This document shows, piece by piece, positions 29,578 to 39,253 of a stretch of DNA of 44,938 nt. Under the pieces are notes generated by a model, which made no database searches, was not told the DNA's origin, and saw only the letters and a list, made by a program, of their open reading frames with translations. Made by a program: the position numbers and the translations under genes. Location: assembly GCA_945873015.1 (NCBI GenBank), contig CAMCBY010000001.1, forward strand, positions 1 to 44,938, read 5' to 3'. Each line of letters opens with the position of its first letter. Position 1 is the first letter of the stretch. The stretch is from Klebsiella pneumoniae (GTDB lineage: Bacteria > Pseudomonadota > Gammaproteobacteria > Ga0077536).

Positions 29578-31728
29578 ATGGACCTTTATCCCGCTCTTCA
29601 GATCTTCATCGCCGAGAGCCGCGAGCTGCTCGAACAGATGGAAGAATCCTTGCTGGCGCTGGAAACCCAGCCCGACGACCGCGAGTTGCTGGACGCGGTG
29701 TTCCGCGCCGCGCACACCATCAAAGGATCGGCCGGCGTTTTTGGTTTCGACAGCATTGTGCATTTCACCCATCACGTCGAAACAGTGCTCGACCGGGTGC
29801 GCTGCGGGCAACAGGCCCTCACCCAGGAACTGAGCGCATTGTTGTTGTTATGTGGTGACCACATCGGCACATTGATTGAACCCGCTACCGGCGACGCCGT
29901 ATTGCCCGCCGACGTGCTGGATAAAGATGCCGAACTGGTGGCGCACCTGGCTCGTTATACCAGCGACACGCCGAATAACCGCGCACTACCGGCGCCTGTA
30001 TCTGTGCCCGACCCGGCCACGACGCCGGCGGCGCCAGCGCACTGGCATATCGAACTCAAGTTCGGCACCGAAGTGCTGCGCAACGGCATGGACCCGCTGT
30101 CCTTCGTTCGTTATCTCGCCACGCTCGGTGAGCTGACCTGCGTCGAGACTCGCGCCGAGCGCCTGCCGGCGCTGGCCGACATCGACCCCGAGGCTTGTTA
30201 TCTCGACCTTAAAATCGATCTCTTGAGTGCGGCCGACCGCAGCACCATCGACGGTGTGTTCGATTTTGTGCGCGACGATTGTGCCATCACGATTAGCCAG
30301 CCGACTGAGACCATCCTTGAATCGATTGCGGCCTTCCCTGACCAGAACATCAAACTCGGTGAGATTCTGCTCGCCAGCGCCGCCATCACCGACAGCGAGC
30401 TGCGTGCCGGCCTCGCCATGCAGGAGGCCGAACGAGCGCAGGAAGTGGCGCGTCCGCTCGGCGAAATCCTGATAGCGGAAGGCAGTGTCGCGCCCGCGGT
30501 GGTTGATGCCGCACTTGAACGTCAGAGCCAGATCAAACAACAGAAATCGCAGGACAGTCGTCTCATCCGCGTCGACGCAGACAAACTCGATCAGCTTATT
30601 ACCCTGGTCGGCGAACTGGTGATTGCCGGTTCCGGCATTCACGCGATGGCTCAACGCTCCGGCATCAGTGACATCGTTGAGTCCGCCACCACCCTCGCGC
30701 GTTTGGTTGAAGAAGTACGCGACAGCGCGCTCGGTCTGCGCATGGTCCAGATCGGACCCACCTTCCAGCGCTTTCAGCGGGTGGTGCGCGACGTCAGCCG
30801 CGAGATAGGCAAGGACATCGAGCTCGACATCAACGGTGGCGAGACTGAACTCGATAAGTCCGTGGTGGAACGTATTGGCGACCCGCTCATGCACCTGGTG
30901 CGGAACGCCATGGACCATGGCATCGAGAGCGCGCAGGCACGCCTCGCCGCCGGCAAACCGGTGCGCGCACGGGTGGGTCTCAACGCTTTTCACGACTCCG
31001 GCAGCATCGTGATTGAAGTCAGCGACGACGGCGCCGGCCTCAATGCCGACAAGATTCGCGCCAAGGCGATTGAGCGCGGCCTGATCCAGGCCAGCGCCAC
31101 CTTGAGCGCGGGCGAGATTCACCAGTTGATCTTCGAGGCCGGTTTCTCAACCGCCGATGCGGTATCCAATCTGTCCGGTCGCGGTGTTGGCATGGACGTG
31201 GTCCGGCGCAATATCGAATCTTTGCGCGGCACCATCGAAATCGACAGTCAGGCCGGCGTCGGCACCACCATGCGCATCCGCCTGCCGCTGACGCTCGCGA
31301 TCATCGACGGTTTCCTGGTCAGCTTGGGGCAGGCCCGTTATGTACTGCCCCTCGATGTGGTGGTGGAGTGTCTCGAACTGTCGCATGAAGACCGCCACGC
31401 CATCGGCAAACAAGGTTTTCTCAATATTCGCGGCGAGGCGCTGCCGGTATTGCGTCTGCGCGACGCTTTTCAACTCGGCGACGCCGACTGGCGACGCGAG
31501 AACATCGTGGTGGTGCGTTTCGGCAATCTCAAGGCCGGCATTGTCGTCGATGAATTGCTCGGTGAGCTGCAGACGGTCATCAAACCGCTCGGCAAGCTGT
31601 TTACTTTCCTGCAGGGGATCGGTGGTTCGACCATCCTCGGTACCGGCGAGGTCGCGTTGATACTCGACGTGCCGGGTTTAATCAAACACGCGGAAGCCAA
31701 CAAGGCACAAGCCTTGGCTGTGGCGTAA
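29578..31728 (+). CDS. cheA: Chemotaxis histidine kinase CheA
   Basis: 716 aa. Hpt with AHTIKGSAGVFG, dimerisation domain, HATPase (HLVRNAMDHGIE, DDGAGL, GRGVGMDVV) and a C-terminal CheW-like domain. Confidence 0.95.
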   Translation: MDLYPALQIFIAESRELLEQMEESLLALETQPDDRELLDAVFRAAHTIKGSAGVFGFDSIVHFTHHVETVLDRVRCGQQALTQELSALLLLCGDHIGTLIEPATGDAVLPADVLDKDAELVAHLARYTSDTPNNRALPAPVSVPDPATTPAAPAHWHIELKFGTEVLRNGMDPLSFVRYLATLGELTCVETRAERLPALADIDPEACYLDLKIDLLSAADRSTIDGVFDFVRDDCAITISQPTETILESIAAFPDQNIKLGEILLASAAITDSELRAGLAMQEAERAQEVARPLGEILIAEGSVAPAVVDAALERQSQIKQQKSQDSRLIRVDADKLDQLITLVGELVIAGSGIHAMAQRSGISDIVESATTLARLVEEVRDSALGLRMVQIGPTFQRFQRVVRDVSREIGKDIELDINGGETELDKSVVERIGDPLMHLVRNAMDHGIESAQARLAAGKPVRARVGLNAFHDSGSIVIEVSDDGAGLNADKIRAKAIERGLIQASATLSAGEIHQLIFEAGFSTADAVSNLSGRGVGMDVVRRNIESLRGTIEIDSQAGVGTTMRIRLPLTLAIIDGFLVSLGQARYVLPLDVVVECLELSHEDRHAIGKQGFLNIRGEALPVLRLRDAFQLGDADWRRENIVVVRFGNLKAGIVVDELLGELQTVIKPLGKLFTFLQGIGGSTILGTGEVALILDVPGLIKHAEANKAQALAVA

Positions 31729-31766
31729 CCGCGTTATTTATCTAAATCTTTCGAGGAGCGGCAATC

Positions 31767-33575
31767 ATGGGTTTGTTCAACAACGGTTCGCGTCAAGTTA
31801 CCGAAATGCTGGCGGCGGTCAAACAGATGCAGGAGCAGCATACTGCCGGCGCCATCGACTACAAGGTTCCCGTCAGTAATCTGTCTGGCGATGAGCGCGC
31901 GCTCGCCGACACCATCAATGCGCTTGTGCAGTCGCATATCGACGTCAAGATGCAGATAGTTGACTTAATCAAACTCTATGGCGTGGGCGACTTCAGCCGC
32001 GAGATGGAGCGCCTGCCTGGACGTAAGGCGGTCATTACCGAGGCGATGGACACGGTCCGCGAAAACCTCTCTGCGGCGCAGGCGCGCCAGGTGGAGAATC
32101 TGCGCGTGCGTCAGTCGCTCGACAACGTCACCACCAACGTCATGATCGCCGACAAGGACGGTTTTATCCGTTATATGAACCATTCGGTCGGCGCCATGTT
32201 GCTCAACGCCGAAGCGGATATTCGCAAAGAACTCGCCAACTTCGACGCCAAGAAACTCATTGGTGTCAATTTTGACGGCTTCCATAAGAACCCTGCCCAC
32301 CAGCGCAATCTGCTTGGTCAGTTACGCGGTGTACATCGTGCGCAGATCGTGGTTGGCGGACGTACCTTCTCGTTGACCGCCTCGCCTATTTTCGATGAGG
32401 CCGGTGAACGCCAGGGGGCGGTGGTGGAATGGAAGGACCGCACCGAAGAAGTGGCGGTCGAACGTGAACTCGGTGGTGTGGTGACGGCCGCTTCCGCCGG
32501 TGATTTCTCCAGCCGTCTCGATGCGGCCGGCAAGGAAGGTTTCTTCAAGCAGTTGTGCGACGGCATCAACGCCTTGGTCGGCACTTGCGATACGGGTCTG
32601 AACGAAGTGCTGCGGGTGCTCGCGGCGCTTGCCAGTGGCCGTCTCGACGAACGTATTACCAATGACTACAGCGGCACTTTCGGCGCACTCAAGGAGGCCT
32701 GCAACGAAGTGGTTGACCGCCTTTCGATGACGCTCACCGAAGTGACCGGCACCACCGAAGGCATCTTGAATGCGGCCGAGCAAGTCAGCGCCACGGCCCA
32801 GGCCATAAGCCAGGCCGCGACCGAACAGGCGGCAAGCGTCGAGGAATCGAGCGCGTCCATCGAACAGATGGCGGCTTCCATCAATCAAAACAGCGAAAAC
32901 TCCAAGGTCACGGATGGCATTGCCAGCAAGGCGGCGCAGGAAGCAACCGACGGCGGCCAGGCGGTGCGTGACACTGTGCAGGCCATGAAGAGCATCGCTG
33001 AGAAGATTGGCATCATCGACGACATCGCTTATCAGACCAATCTGCTGGCCTTGAACGCCGCCATCGAAGCCGCGCGTGCCGGCGAACATGGTCGCGGTTT
33101 TGCGGTGGTGGCGGCCGAGGTGCGCAAGCTTGCCGAACGCAGCCAGGTGGCGGCGCAGGAGATCAGCGGCCTGGCCGGCAACAGCGTCAACCTCGCCGAG
33201 CGGGCCGGCGACCTGCTCGAAGAAATGGTGCCGGCCATTCAGCGCACCTCGGATCTGGTGCAGGAGATCTCGGCCGCTTCGAGTGAACAGGCGACCGGTG
33301 CGGCGCAGATCAACTCTGCCATCAACCAGCTCAACCAGGCGACCCAGCAGAATGCCTCGGCGGCCGAAGAACTGGCGGCGACCGCCGAAGAAATGAACGG
33401 CAAAGCCGTGCAACTGCGTGAACTCATGAGCTTCTTCAAGATTGAGACCGGTCGTGGCGGAGCCGAAAAGTTCTCGCACAGCGGGCGCGGTGAGAGTGTG
33501 CGACGGGTGAGTCGCGCGGGCGGCCACGCGCGCGCAGTGGAATCGGCATCGGACGCCGAATTCGTCAAGTTCTGA
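31767..33575 (+). CDS. Soluble PAS-containing methyl-accepting chemotaxis protein (Aer2/McpB-like)
   Basis: 602 aa with no TM helix. The PAS segment is [15 protein letters not shown]...[15 protein letters not shown]...[10 protein letters not shown]. The signalling hairpin is [37 protein letters not shown]. The C-terminus ends EFVKF. Confidence 0.85.
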   Translation: MGLFNNGSRQVTEMLAAVKQMQEQHTAGAIDYKVPVSNLSGDERALADTINALVQSHIDVKMQIVDLIKLYGVGDFSREMERLPGRKAVITEAMDTVRENLSAAQARQVENLRVRQSLDNVTTNVMIADKDGFIRYMNHSVGAMLLNAEADIRKELANFDAKKLIGVNFDGFHKNPAHQRNLLGQLRGVHRAQIVVGGRTFSLTASPIFDEAGERQGAVVEWKDRTEEVAVERELGGVVTAASAGDFSSRLDAAGKEGFFKQLCDGINALVGTCDTGLNEVLRVLAALASGRLDERITNDYSGTFGALKEACNEVVDRLSMTLTEVTGTTEGILNAAEQVSATAQAISQAATEQAASVEESSASIEQMAASINQNSENSKVTDGIASKAAQEATDGGQAVRDTVQAMKSIAEKIGIIDDIAYQTNLLALNAAIEAARAGEHGRGFAVVAAEVRKLAERSQVAAQEISGLAGNSVNLAERAGDLLEEMVPAIQRTSDLVQEISAASSEQATGAAQINSAINQLNQATQQNASAAEELAATAEEMNGKAVQLRELMSFFKIETGRGGAEKFSHSGRGESVRRVSRAGGHARAVESASDAEFVKF

Positions 33576-33580
33576 GGAAC

Positions 33581-34108
33581 ATGAACATGCACAGCAATGA
33601 CAGAAATCAACTCGCCGGCGTCAGTGTCGGCGGTGAGCAGCAGCAGTATCTGACCTTTCGCCTCGGCGATGAGACCTTCGCCCTGCCGATCCTGGTGACC
33701 AAGGAGATACTCGAATATCCGGAACTCACCAACGTGCCCTTGATGGCGCCTTGTGTGCGCGGCGTTTTGAACCTGCGCGGCGCGGTGGTGCCGGTGGTGG
33801 ATCTGGCGGTGCGTTTCGGCCGCCCGGCGAGCGTGCTCACGCCGCGCTCGTGTGTGGTCATCCTCGAGATTCAGTCGGGCGATGAATGGCTGGATATCGG
33901 TGTGGTGGTCGATGGCGTCAATCAGGTCATTGATATCCCGCGCGACCAGATTGAGCCGCCGCCCAATTTCGGCAGCAGGCTGCGCGCTGATTTTATCAAG
34001 GGCATGGGCAAGGTCGACGGCAGCTTCGTGGTGGTCCTGGACAGCGACCATGTGTTGTCGGTCGATGAGATCTCGGCGCTCGGACAACACGCCGCGCAGG
34101 CGGCCTAG
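33581..34108 (+). CDS. cheW: Chemotaxis coupling protein CheW
   Basis: 175 aa with the CheW pattern (YLTFRLGDETFALPI, VRGVLNLRGAVVPVVDL, VDGVNQV). Confidence 0.9.
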   Translation: MNMHSNDRNQLAGVSVGGEQQQYLTFRLGDETFALPILVTKEILEYPELTNVPLMAPCVRGVLNLRGAVVPVVDLAVRFGRPASVLTPRSCVVILEIQSGDEWLDIGVVVDGVNQVIDIPRDQIEPPPNFGSRLRADFIKGMGKVDGSFVVVLDSDHVLSVDEISALGQHAAQAA

Positions 34109-34186
34109 AGTTCGTTCGTCAGTACATCGCACGCGAGTGCGGGCATCGGCAGCGATGCCCGCCACCAGAACAATAAGAGGACTGCC

Positions 34187-34993
34187 ATGAGCACGCCGCT
34201 ATTGAGTGACAGAGAATTCGGCCTGCTGCGCGATTGGGTTTACGCCAAGGCTGGCATCTCCATGAGCGATGCCAAGAAGCAGTTGGTGATGGGGCGCTTG
34301 CAGAAGCGAGTGCTGCATCATGGTCTGCGCAGCTATGCCGATTACCACCAGATGATCAGCAGCGGTCAGGCTCGCGAGGAGAGCCAGATGGCGCTCGACC
34401 TCTTGACCACCAACGAGACCTATTTTTTCCGCGAGCCCAAACATTTTGATTTTCTGCGTGCGCGAGTCTTGCCGGAGCGTCGCGCGGGCGCCTCGTTCCG
34501 GGTGTGGAGCGCGGCTTGTTCCAGCGGCGAAGAGCCGTGGAGCATCGCCATGTCCCTGGCAGAAAAACTCAACGACGGCAGCTGGGAAATCCTCGCTTCG
34601 GACTTGAGCACGCGCGTGCTGGCGCAGGCTGCGAGCGGGCAATATGCGATGGAGCGCGCCGAACATATTCCACGCGCCTTGTTGACCAAGTATTGCCTGC
34701 GCGGCGTTGGCAATCAGGACGGCACGTTTCGTATTGGCCCGGAGTTACGGCGGTGGGCCAGTTTCAGGCAGGTCAATCTCAACGAGAAGCTGCCGGATGT
34801 CGGCCAGTTCGATCTCATCTTCCTGCGCAATGTGCTGATCTATTTCAACGCCGAGACCAAGGCCGAGGTGGTACGACGTCTGTGCACGCACCTGCGCCCG
34901 GGCGGTTATTTTTTCTGCGGACATTCGGAGAGCCTGCATGGCATGGAGCTGCCCCTGGAAGCGGTGCAGCCCGCCATCTACCGGAGACTTTGA
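34187..34993 (+). CDS. cheR: Chemotaxis protein methyltransferase CheR
   Basis: 268 aa with TNETYFFRE and the SAM-binding VWSAACSSGEEPWSIAM. Confidence 0.9.
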   Translation: MSTPLLSDREFGLLRDWVYAKAGISMSDAKKQLVMGRLQKRVLHHGLRSYADYHQMISSGQAREESQMALDLLTTNETYFFREPKHFDFLRARVLPERRAGASFRVWSAACSSGEEPWSIAMSLAEKLNDGSWEILASDLSTRVLAQAASGQYAMERAEHIPRALLTKYCLRGVGNQDGTFRIGPELRRWASFRQVNLNEKLPDVGQFDLIFLRNVLIYFNAETKAEVVRRLCTHLRPGGYFFCGHSESLHGMELPLEAVQPAIYRRL

Positions 34994-34995
34994 AC

Positions 34996-35541
34996 GTGAC
35001 GCGCGAGCGCCGCCCCAGTGATTACATGGAAATATTCCTCGAACCCGGGGAGTTCCAGTTCACCACCGATCGCGATACCCGCTTGCGCACGCTGCTCGGG
35101 TCCTGCGTGGCCTTGACCATGTGGCATCCGAAACAACGCCACGGCGCGATGTGTCACTACTTGCTGCCGAGCCGCGGCCAGCTGCGCAAAGAGCAACTCG
35201 ACGGACGTTACGGCGATGAGGCTTATCTCATGTTCCTCAACGAATGCGCGCGGCACTACACCAACCCGGCGCACTACGAAATCAAATTGTTCGGTGGTGG
35301 CGACATGTTCCCCGCCATCGGCAAAGCGCAGGGCATGAGTATCGGCCAGAAGAACATCTCGGCCGGCCTCGCGCTGCTCGAACACTTCGGCCTGCCGCTC
35401 AAGGCCCAGCATGTCGGCGGCACCGGACATCGCGTCATCATGCTGGATGTGTGGGACGGCGCGGTGTGGGTCAAGCATCAAACCGCAGTGGCGCCGCCGG
35501 TCGCTCCTCAACCGCAACAGAAAAAGGTGATAAACGCATGA
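34996..35541 (+). CDS. cheD: Chemoreceptor glutamine deamidase CheD
   Basis: The C-terminal part of track ORF 34504..35541 carries the CheD motifs ([39 protein letters not shown]). GTG 34996 lies 2 nt after the cheR stop with GGAGA 8 nt upstream. ATG 35026 is an alternative start. Confidence 0.85.
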   Translation: MTRERRPSDYMEIFLEPGEFQFTTDRDTRLRTLLGSCVALTMWHPKQRHGAMCHYLLPSRGQLRKEQLDGRYGDEAYLMFLNECARHYTNPAHYEIKLFGGGDMFPAIGKAQGMSIGQKNISAGLALLEHFGLPLKAQHVGGTGHRVIMLDVWDGAVWVKHQTAVAPPVAPQPQQKKVINA

Positions 35542-36608
35542 AACCGGTCAATGTATTCGTCATCGACGATTCGGCCGTGGTGCGTCAGGTGGTGTCGGAT
35601 CTCATTAACGATGCACCCGGCCTGCACCTGCTCGGCGTCGCTCCGGACCCGCTCTACGCCCTGGACAAGATGCAGAAGGCGTGGCCGGACGTGATCGTGC
35701 TCGACGTCGAGATGCCACGCATGGATGGCATCACGTTCCTGAAGAAAATCATGAGCGAACATCCGACGCCGGTGGTGATCTGTTCGACACTGACCGAAAA
35801 AGGCACCGCGACCAGTTTGCAGGCCCTGAGCGCCGGCGCGGTCGATATCGTAACCAAACCCAAGGTCGGATTAAAAAGACATCTGGAAGACAACGGCCAC
35901 GATCTGGTCGAAGCCATCAAGGGCGCAGCCCATGCACGCGTGTCGCAGCGTCGCGATTCCACGCCAACCACGCTCCAACCCAACCCCAAATTGAATGCCG
36001 ATGCGGTGCTTGCCGCACCGGGTGCCCACGCGATGGCCGAGACCACCGAGACGGTGGTCGTGATCGGCACCTCGACCGGTGGCACACAGGCCCTGGAAGC
36101 GGTGTTGACCGCGTTGCCGCGCACCGCGCCCGGCATCGTCATCGTGCAGCACATGCCGGAGAAATTCACCGCCGCCTTTGCGGCGCGCTTGAATTCGCAA
36201 TGCACTATCGAAGTACTGGAAGCGCAGGGCAATGAACGTGTGATACCGGGCCGCGCGCTGATCGCGCCGGGTGGTCGCCACATGCTGTTGAAACGCAGTG
36301 GTGCCTATTACCACGTCGACGTCATCGATGGGCCGCTGGTCAGCCGTCACCGGCCGTCGGTCGATGTGTTATTCCGCTCGGCGGCCAAGGTTGCCGGACG
36401 TAACGCGCTGGGTGTGATCATGACCGGCATGGGCGACGACGGCGCGGCGGGCTTGAAAGAAATGCGCGATGCCGGCGCCCATACCCTCGCCCAGGATGAA
36501 GCGAGCTGCGTGGTCTATGGCATGCCCAAAGAAGCGGTCAAGCGCGGCGCAGTAGAACGCAGCGTGCCCCTGCAGCAGATTGCGACCGAGATCTGCCGGC
36601 GCCATTGA
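35538..36608 (+). CDS. cheB: Protein-glutamate methylesterase/glutaminase CheB
   Basis: [17 protein letters not shown] receiver domain plus methylesterase triad motifs ([26 protein letters not shown]). ATGA overlap with the cheD stop. The upstream part of track ORF 35244.. is not coding. Confidence 0.92.
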   Translation: MKPVNVFVIDDSAVVRQVVSDLINDAPGLHLLGVAPDPLYALDKMQKAWPDVIVLDVEMPRMDGITFLKKIMSEHPTPVVICSTLTEKGTATSLQALSAGAVDIVTKPKVGLKRHLEDNGHDLVEAIKGAAHARVSQRRDSTPTTLQPNPKLNADAVLAAPGAHAMAETTETVVVIGTSTGGTQALEAVLTALPRTAPGIVIVQHMPEKFTAAFAARLNSQCTIEVLEAQGNERVIPGRALIAPGGRHMLLKRSGAYYHVDVIDGPLVSRHRPSVDVLFRSAAKVAGRNALGVIMTGMGDDGAAGLKEMRDAGAHTLAQDEASCVVYGMPKEAVKRGAVERSVPLQQIATEICRRH

Positions 36609-36631
36609 GTGTGTTCACTCGCGCGCGGCCC

Positions 36632-37600
36632 TCATGGACTGCGCGGTAAAGTGTCGAGTCCGGCCACCAGTTCGTAACACAGTGCGATGGTCGGCGCCGC
36701 GACACCAAGGCGTTGCGCCTCGCGGCAGGCATAACCCAGGGTCTCATGCACTTCGAGGCGCCGGCCGGCCTCGAAATCCTGCAGCGCCGACATGCGATGG
36801 GTCGGCGCCTGGCTGATGAGATTGCGCCCGATATCGCGCAGGATTTCGACCGCCTCCACGGGTGTCGCCGCATTCGCTACACTCAACACAGGAATCGGCG
36901 ACTGGTCGACGAGCGTGATGCCGCGCGCGTGGGCCAGGGCCACCGCTTCGCTCACCAGCTTGACGCCGACCGCCGCCAGCCCGGGATTCTCGAGATACAC
37001 ACCGGTCGTGGTGCGCGCGATCACCGCCAGCGTGAACATCGCCAGCCAGCCGGCGAACTTCGACCATTCCGCGCTCTCGATATCCTCGACCGCCGGCGTG
37101 ACCACGCCTGCGGCATCGATGGCAGTGGCGATAGTCGCGGCCGCAGGACCGCGATAACCGGGCAAAGGCCCGAGCGGCATCCGCACATTACGCGTGAACT
37201 CCACCACGCCGTCGGCGCGCAGCTCACCGCTGACATTGGCCATACAGCCGAGCACACGCTCGGCACCGTAAACCCCCGCCAGTTGCTCGTTTTTCATCAC
37301 GCCGTTGGCGACTGAGAACACCGCCTGCGGCACGAGGGTGGAATGAGCGGCCAGTGCCTCGTCCATCTGATAGGTTTTGACCGTATAGATAACTACGCCG
37401 GGGGCAGTGATGGCGGCACCCGCTTCGACGACCTGACAGGCGAGATCGAAATCCCGCAAGCCGCGCACGCGCAGGCCTTGGGCTCGAAGCTGCGCCGCGC
37501 GTGCGCCACGCGCGACCATCACCACGCCATGGCCGGCGGCCAGCAGATGTGCGCCTAAGATGCTGCCCAGCGCACCGGCGCCGATGATAGTGAAATTCAT
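36632..37600 (-). CDS. Ketopantoate reductase (PanE/ApbA) family oxidoreductase
   Basis: 322 aa. N-terminal Rossmann IIGAGALGSILGAHL, with size and layout of 2-dehydropantoate 2-reductases. Confidence 0.6.
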   Translation of the reverse strand: MNFTIIGAGALGSILGAHLLAAGHGVVMVARGARAAQLRAQGLRVRGLRDFDLACQVVEAGAAITAPGVVIYTVKTYQMDEALAAHSTLVPQAVFSVANGVMKNEQLAGVYGAERVLGCMANVSGELRADGVVEFTRNVRMPLGPLPGYRGPAAATIATAIDAAGVVTPAVEDIESAEWSKFAGWLAMFTLAVIARTTTGVYLENPGLAAVGVKLVSEAVALAHARGITLVDQSPIPVLSVANAATPVEAVEILRDIGRNLISQAPTHRMSALQDFEAGRRLEVHETLGYACREAQRLGVAAPTIALCYELVAGLDTLPRSP

Positions 37601-37720
37601 GTTGTGGTATTCCTGCGGTCGACTGTCGCCACAGTATACGAAGCGCGGGCGGCGCCCGGCGCCTGTCTTTCCAACCCACGGCTATTGTCAGACGCGTCGT
37701 GGCGGTTCATCTTTGCCCGC

Positions 37721-39070
37721 ATGACTACGGACAGCCATCTGCCGCCCGGACCGCCTCAGCACCCCGTGCTGCAACTGCTGCGTTATTCCTTTCGACCGCT
37801 GCAATACCTGCAAGACTGCGCCCGTTACGGTGAGACCTTCACCATGCGGCTGGCCGGTTTCGGCGAACTGGTGCAACTGACTCGCCCGGAGGACATACGC
37901 GAAGTATTCCGAATCGAGCCAACGGCGCTGCATGCGGGCGAGGGCAATGCCTTGCTTGCGACTCTGGTCGGACAGACCTCGGTGCTGGTGCTGGACGAGG
38001 AGCCCCACGCCCGTCAGCGTCGCGTGCTGTTGCCGCCGCTGAAGGGCGAGCGTATGCGTACCTTCTTTGACGCCATGCAGAGCGAGACCCTGGCCGTGGC
38101 CGAGCAGTGGGCGCAGGGCGATGTGGTGCGCGCCGATACCGCCATGCAGGGTATTACCCTGCGCGTCATTCTGCGTGCCGCGCTGGGTGTCGACACCGGT
38201 GCGGACTTCGAAGACCTGCAGGCGAGTATGGGCCGCCTGTTGCGCGAAGTGCGCCATCCGCTGGTCTTGATCCTGTGGCGCCTGTTTCCACCCCATCGTT
38301 TCGAGCAATCGCGCGTGCTGCCGTTCTATCGGCTGCGTCGTCGTTTCGATGCGCGTCTTTATCAGGTCATCGCCGCACAGCGCGCCCTCGCGGCCGCCGC
38401 GCGAGCGCCGTGCCTGCTGACCGACCTGTTGCAGGTGCAGTACGAAGACGGGCGCGGCATGAGTGATGTCGAGCTGCGCGATGCGTTGGTCACCATCCTC
38501 GCCGCCGGTCACGACACCACCGCACTGTCGCTGGCCTGGGCGCTGGAACAAATTCTGCCGCGCGCCGATGTGGTGGCGCGTATCGAGGACGAGTTGCGCG
38601 CGGTGTGCGGTACGGCGCTGCCTGGCCCCGAACACATCATGGCGCTCGATTATCTCGATGCGGCTATCCGCGAAAGTCTGCGTCTGCGATCGATTCTGAC
38701 CTTCGTGGTGCGTATGGTGAAAACTCCTCTCACCCTCAATGGCGTGACCTATCCGCCCGGCGTGATGTTGTGTCCTGCCATTCATCTGCTCCACCAGCGT
38801 CCCGACTTGTATCCCGAACCACAGCGCTTCCGGCCCGAACGTTTTCTCGAACGCAAGTTCGCGCCCCATGAGTGGACGCCTTTCGGTGGCGGCAATCGTG
38901 CCTGCCTCGGTCAGGTGTTTGCGCTGTATGAAATGAAGGTGGTGCTGGCGACCCTGTTCACTGTGCTGCGCATGGAACGACCTGCCGGCGCAGTATCGCG
39001 GCCAGTGCGTTGCGGCATCTCGATCGGCGCCAGCGACGGGGTGAAGGTGCGCGCGACACGGCGGGTTTAA
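37721..39070 (+). CDS. Cytochrome P450
   Basis: Heme-thiolate loop FGGGNRACLG, I-helix AGHDTT, ExxR (ESLR) and an N-terminal PPGP hinge. ATG 37721 is preferred over the track start at 37604. Confidence 0.88.
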   Translation: MTTDSHLPPGPPQHPVLQLLRYSFRPLQYLQDCARYGETFTMRLAGFGELVQLTRPEDIREVFRIEPTALHAGEGNALLATLVGQTSVLVLDEEPHARQRRVLLPPLKGERMRTFFDAMQSETLAVAEQWAQGDVVRADTAMQGITLRVILRAALGVDTGADFEDLQASMGRLLREVRHPLVLILWRLFPPHRFEQSRVLPFYRLRRRFDARLYQVIAAQRALAAAARAPCLLTDLLQVQYEDGRGMSDVELRDALVTILAAGHDTTALSLAWALEQILPRADVVARIEDELRAVCGTALPGPEHIMALDYLDAAIRESLRLRSILTFVVRMVKTPLTLNGVTYPPGVMLCPAIHLLHQRPDLYPEPQRFRPERFLERKFAPHEWTPFGGGNRACLGQVFALYEMKVVLATLFTVLRMERPAGAVSRPVRCGISIGASDGVKVRATRRV

Positions 39071-39078
39071 CCCATTTG

Positions 39079-39160
39079 CTGTGGGTCAGACTTCAGTCTG
39101 ACACTCAATGGAGCGGCTATGCATCCAAACGCAAATGTCAGACTGAAGTCTGACCCACAA
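39079..39160. repeat. REP-like doublet, family B (TGTGGGTCAGACTTCAGTCTGACA and its inverse, 30-nt spacer)
   Basis: 39079-39104 and 39135-39160 are inverted copies. They are near-identical to 24303-24328 and 24364-24390. Each unit contains its own GTCAGACT/AGTCTGAC palindrome. Confidence 0.75.
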
Positions 39161-39253
39161 TAATCTGGTGCACAGCCCAGGACCACCTCATTACCAGCCC
39201 CGTCAAGGCTGTTAGACTCCCGCCATCGTCCGCACCCTTGAGGAAGCCCCGCC

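Noticed and set aside
29986-31122. 378-aa minus-strand ORF
   Set aside because: It is antisense to cheA.
32322-33527. 401-aa minus-strand ORF; also 33239-34165 minus
   Set aside because: These are antisense to the PAS-MCP and cheW.
34504-34995. Upstream 164 codons of the frame that ends as CheD; likewise 35244-35537 for CheB
   Set aside because: These lie entirely inside cheR (or cheD) in alternative frames. The recognisable CheD and CheB sequences begin at 34996 and 35538.
37688-38869. 393-aa minus-strand ORF
   Set aside because: It is antisense to the P450 gene, whose + frame has FGGGNRACLG, AGHDTT and ExxR.
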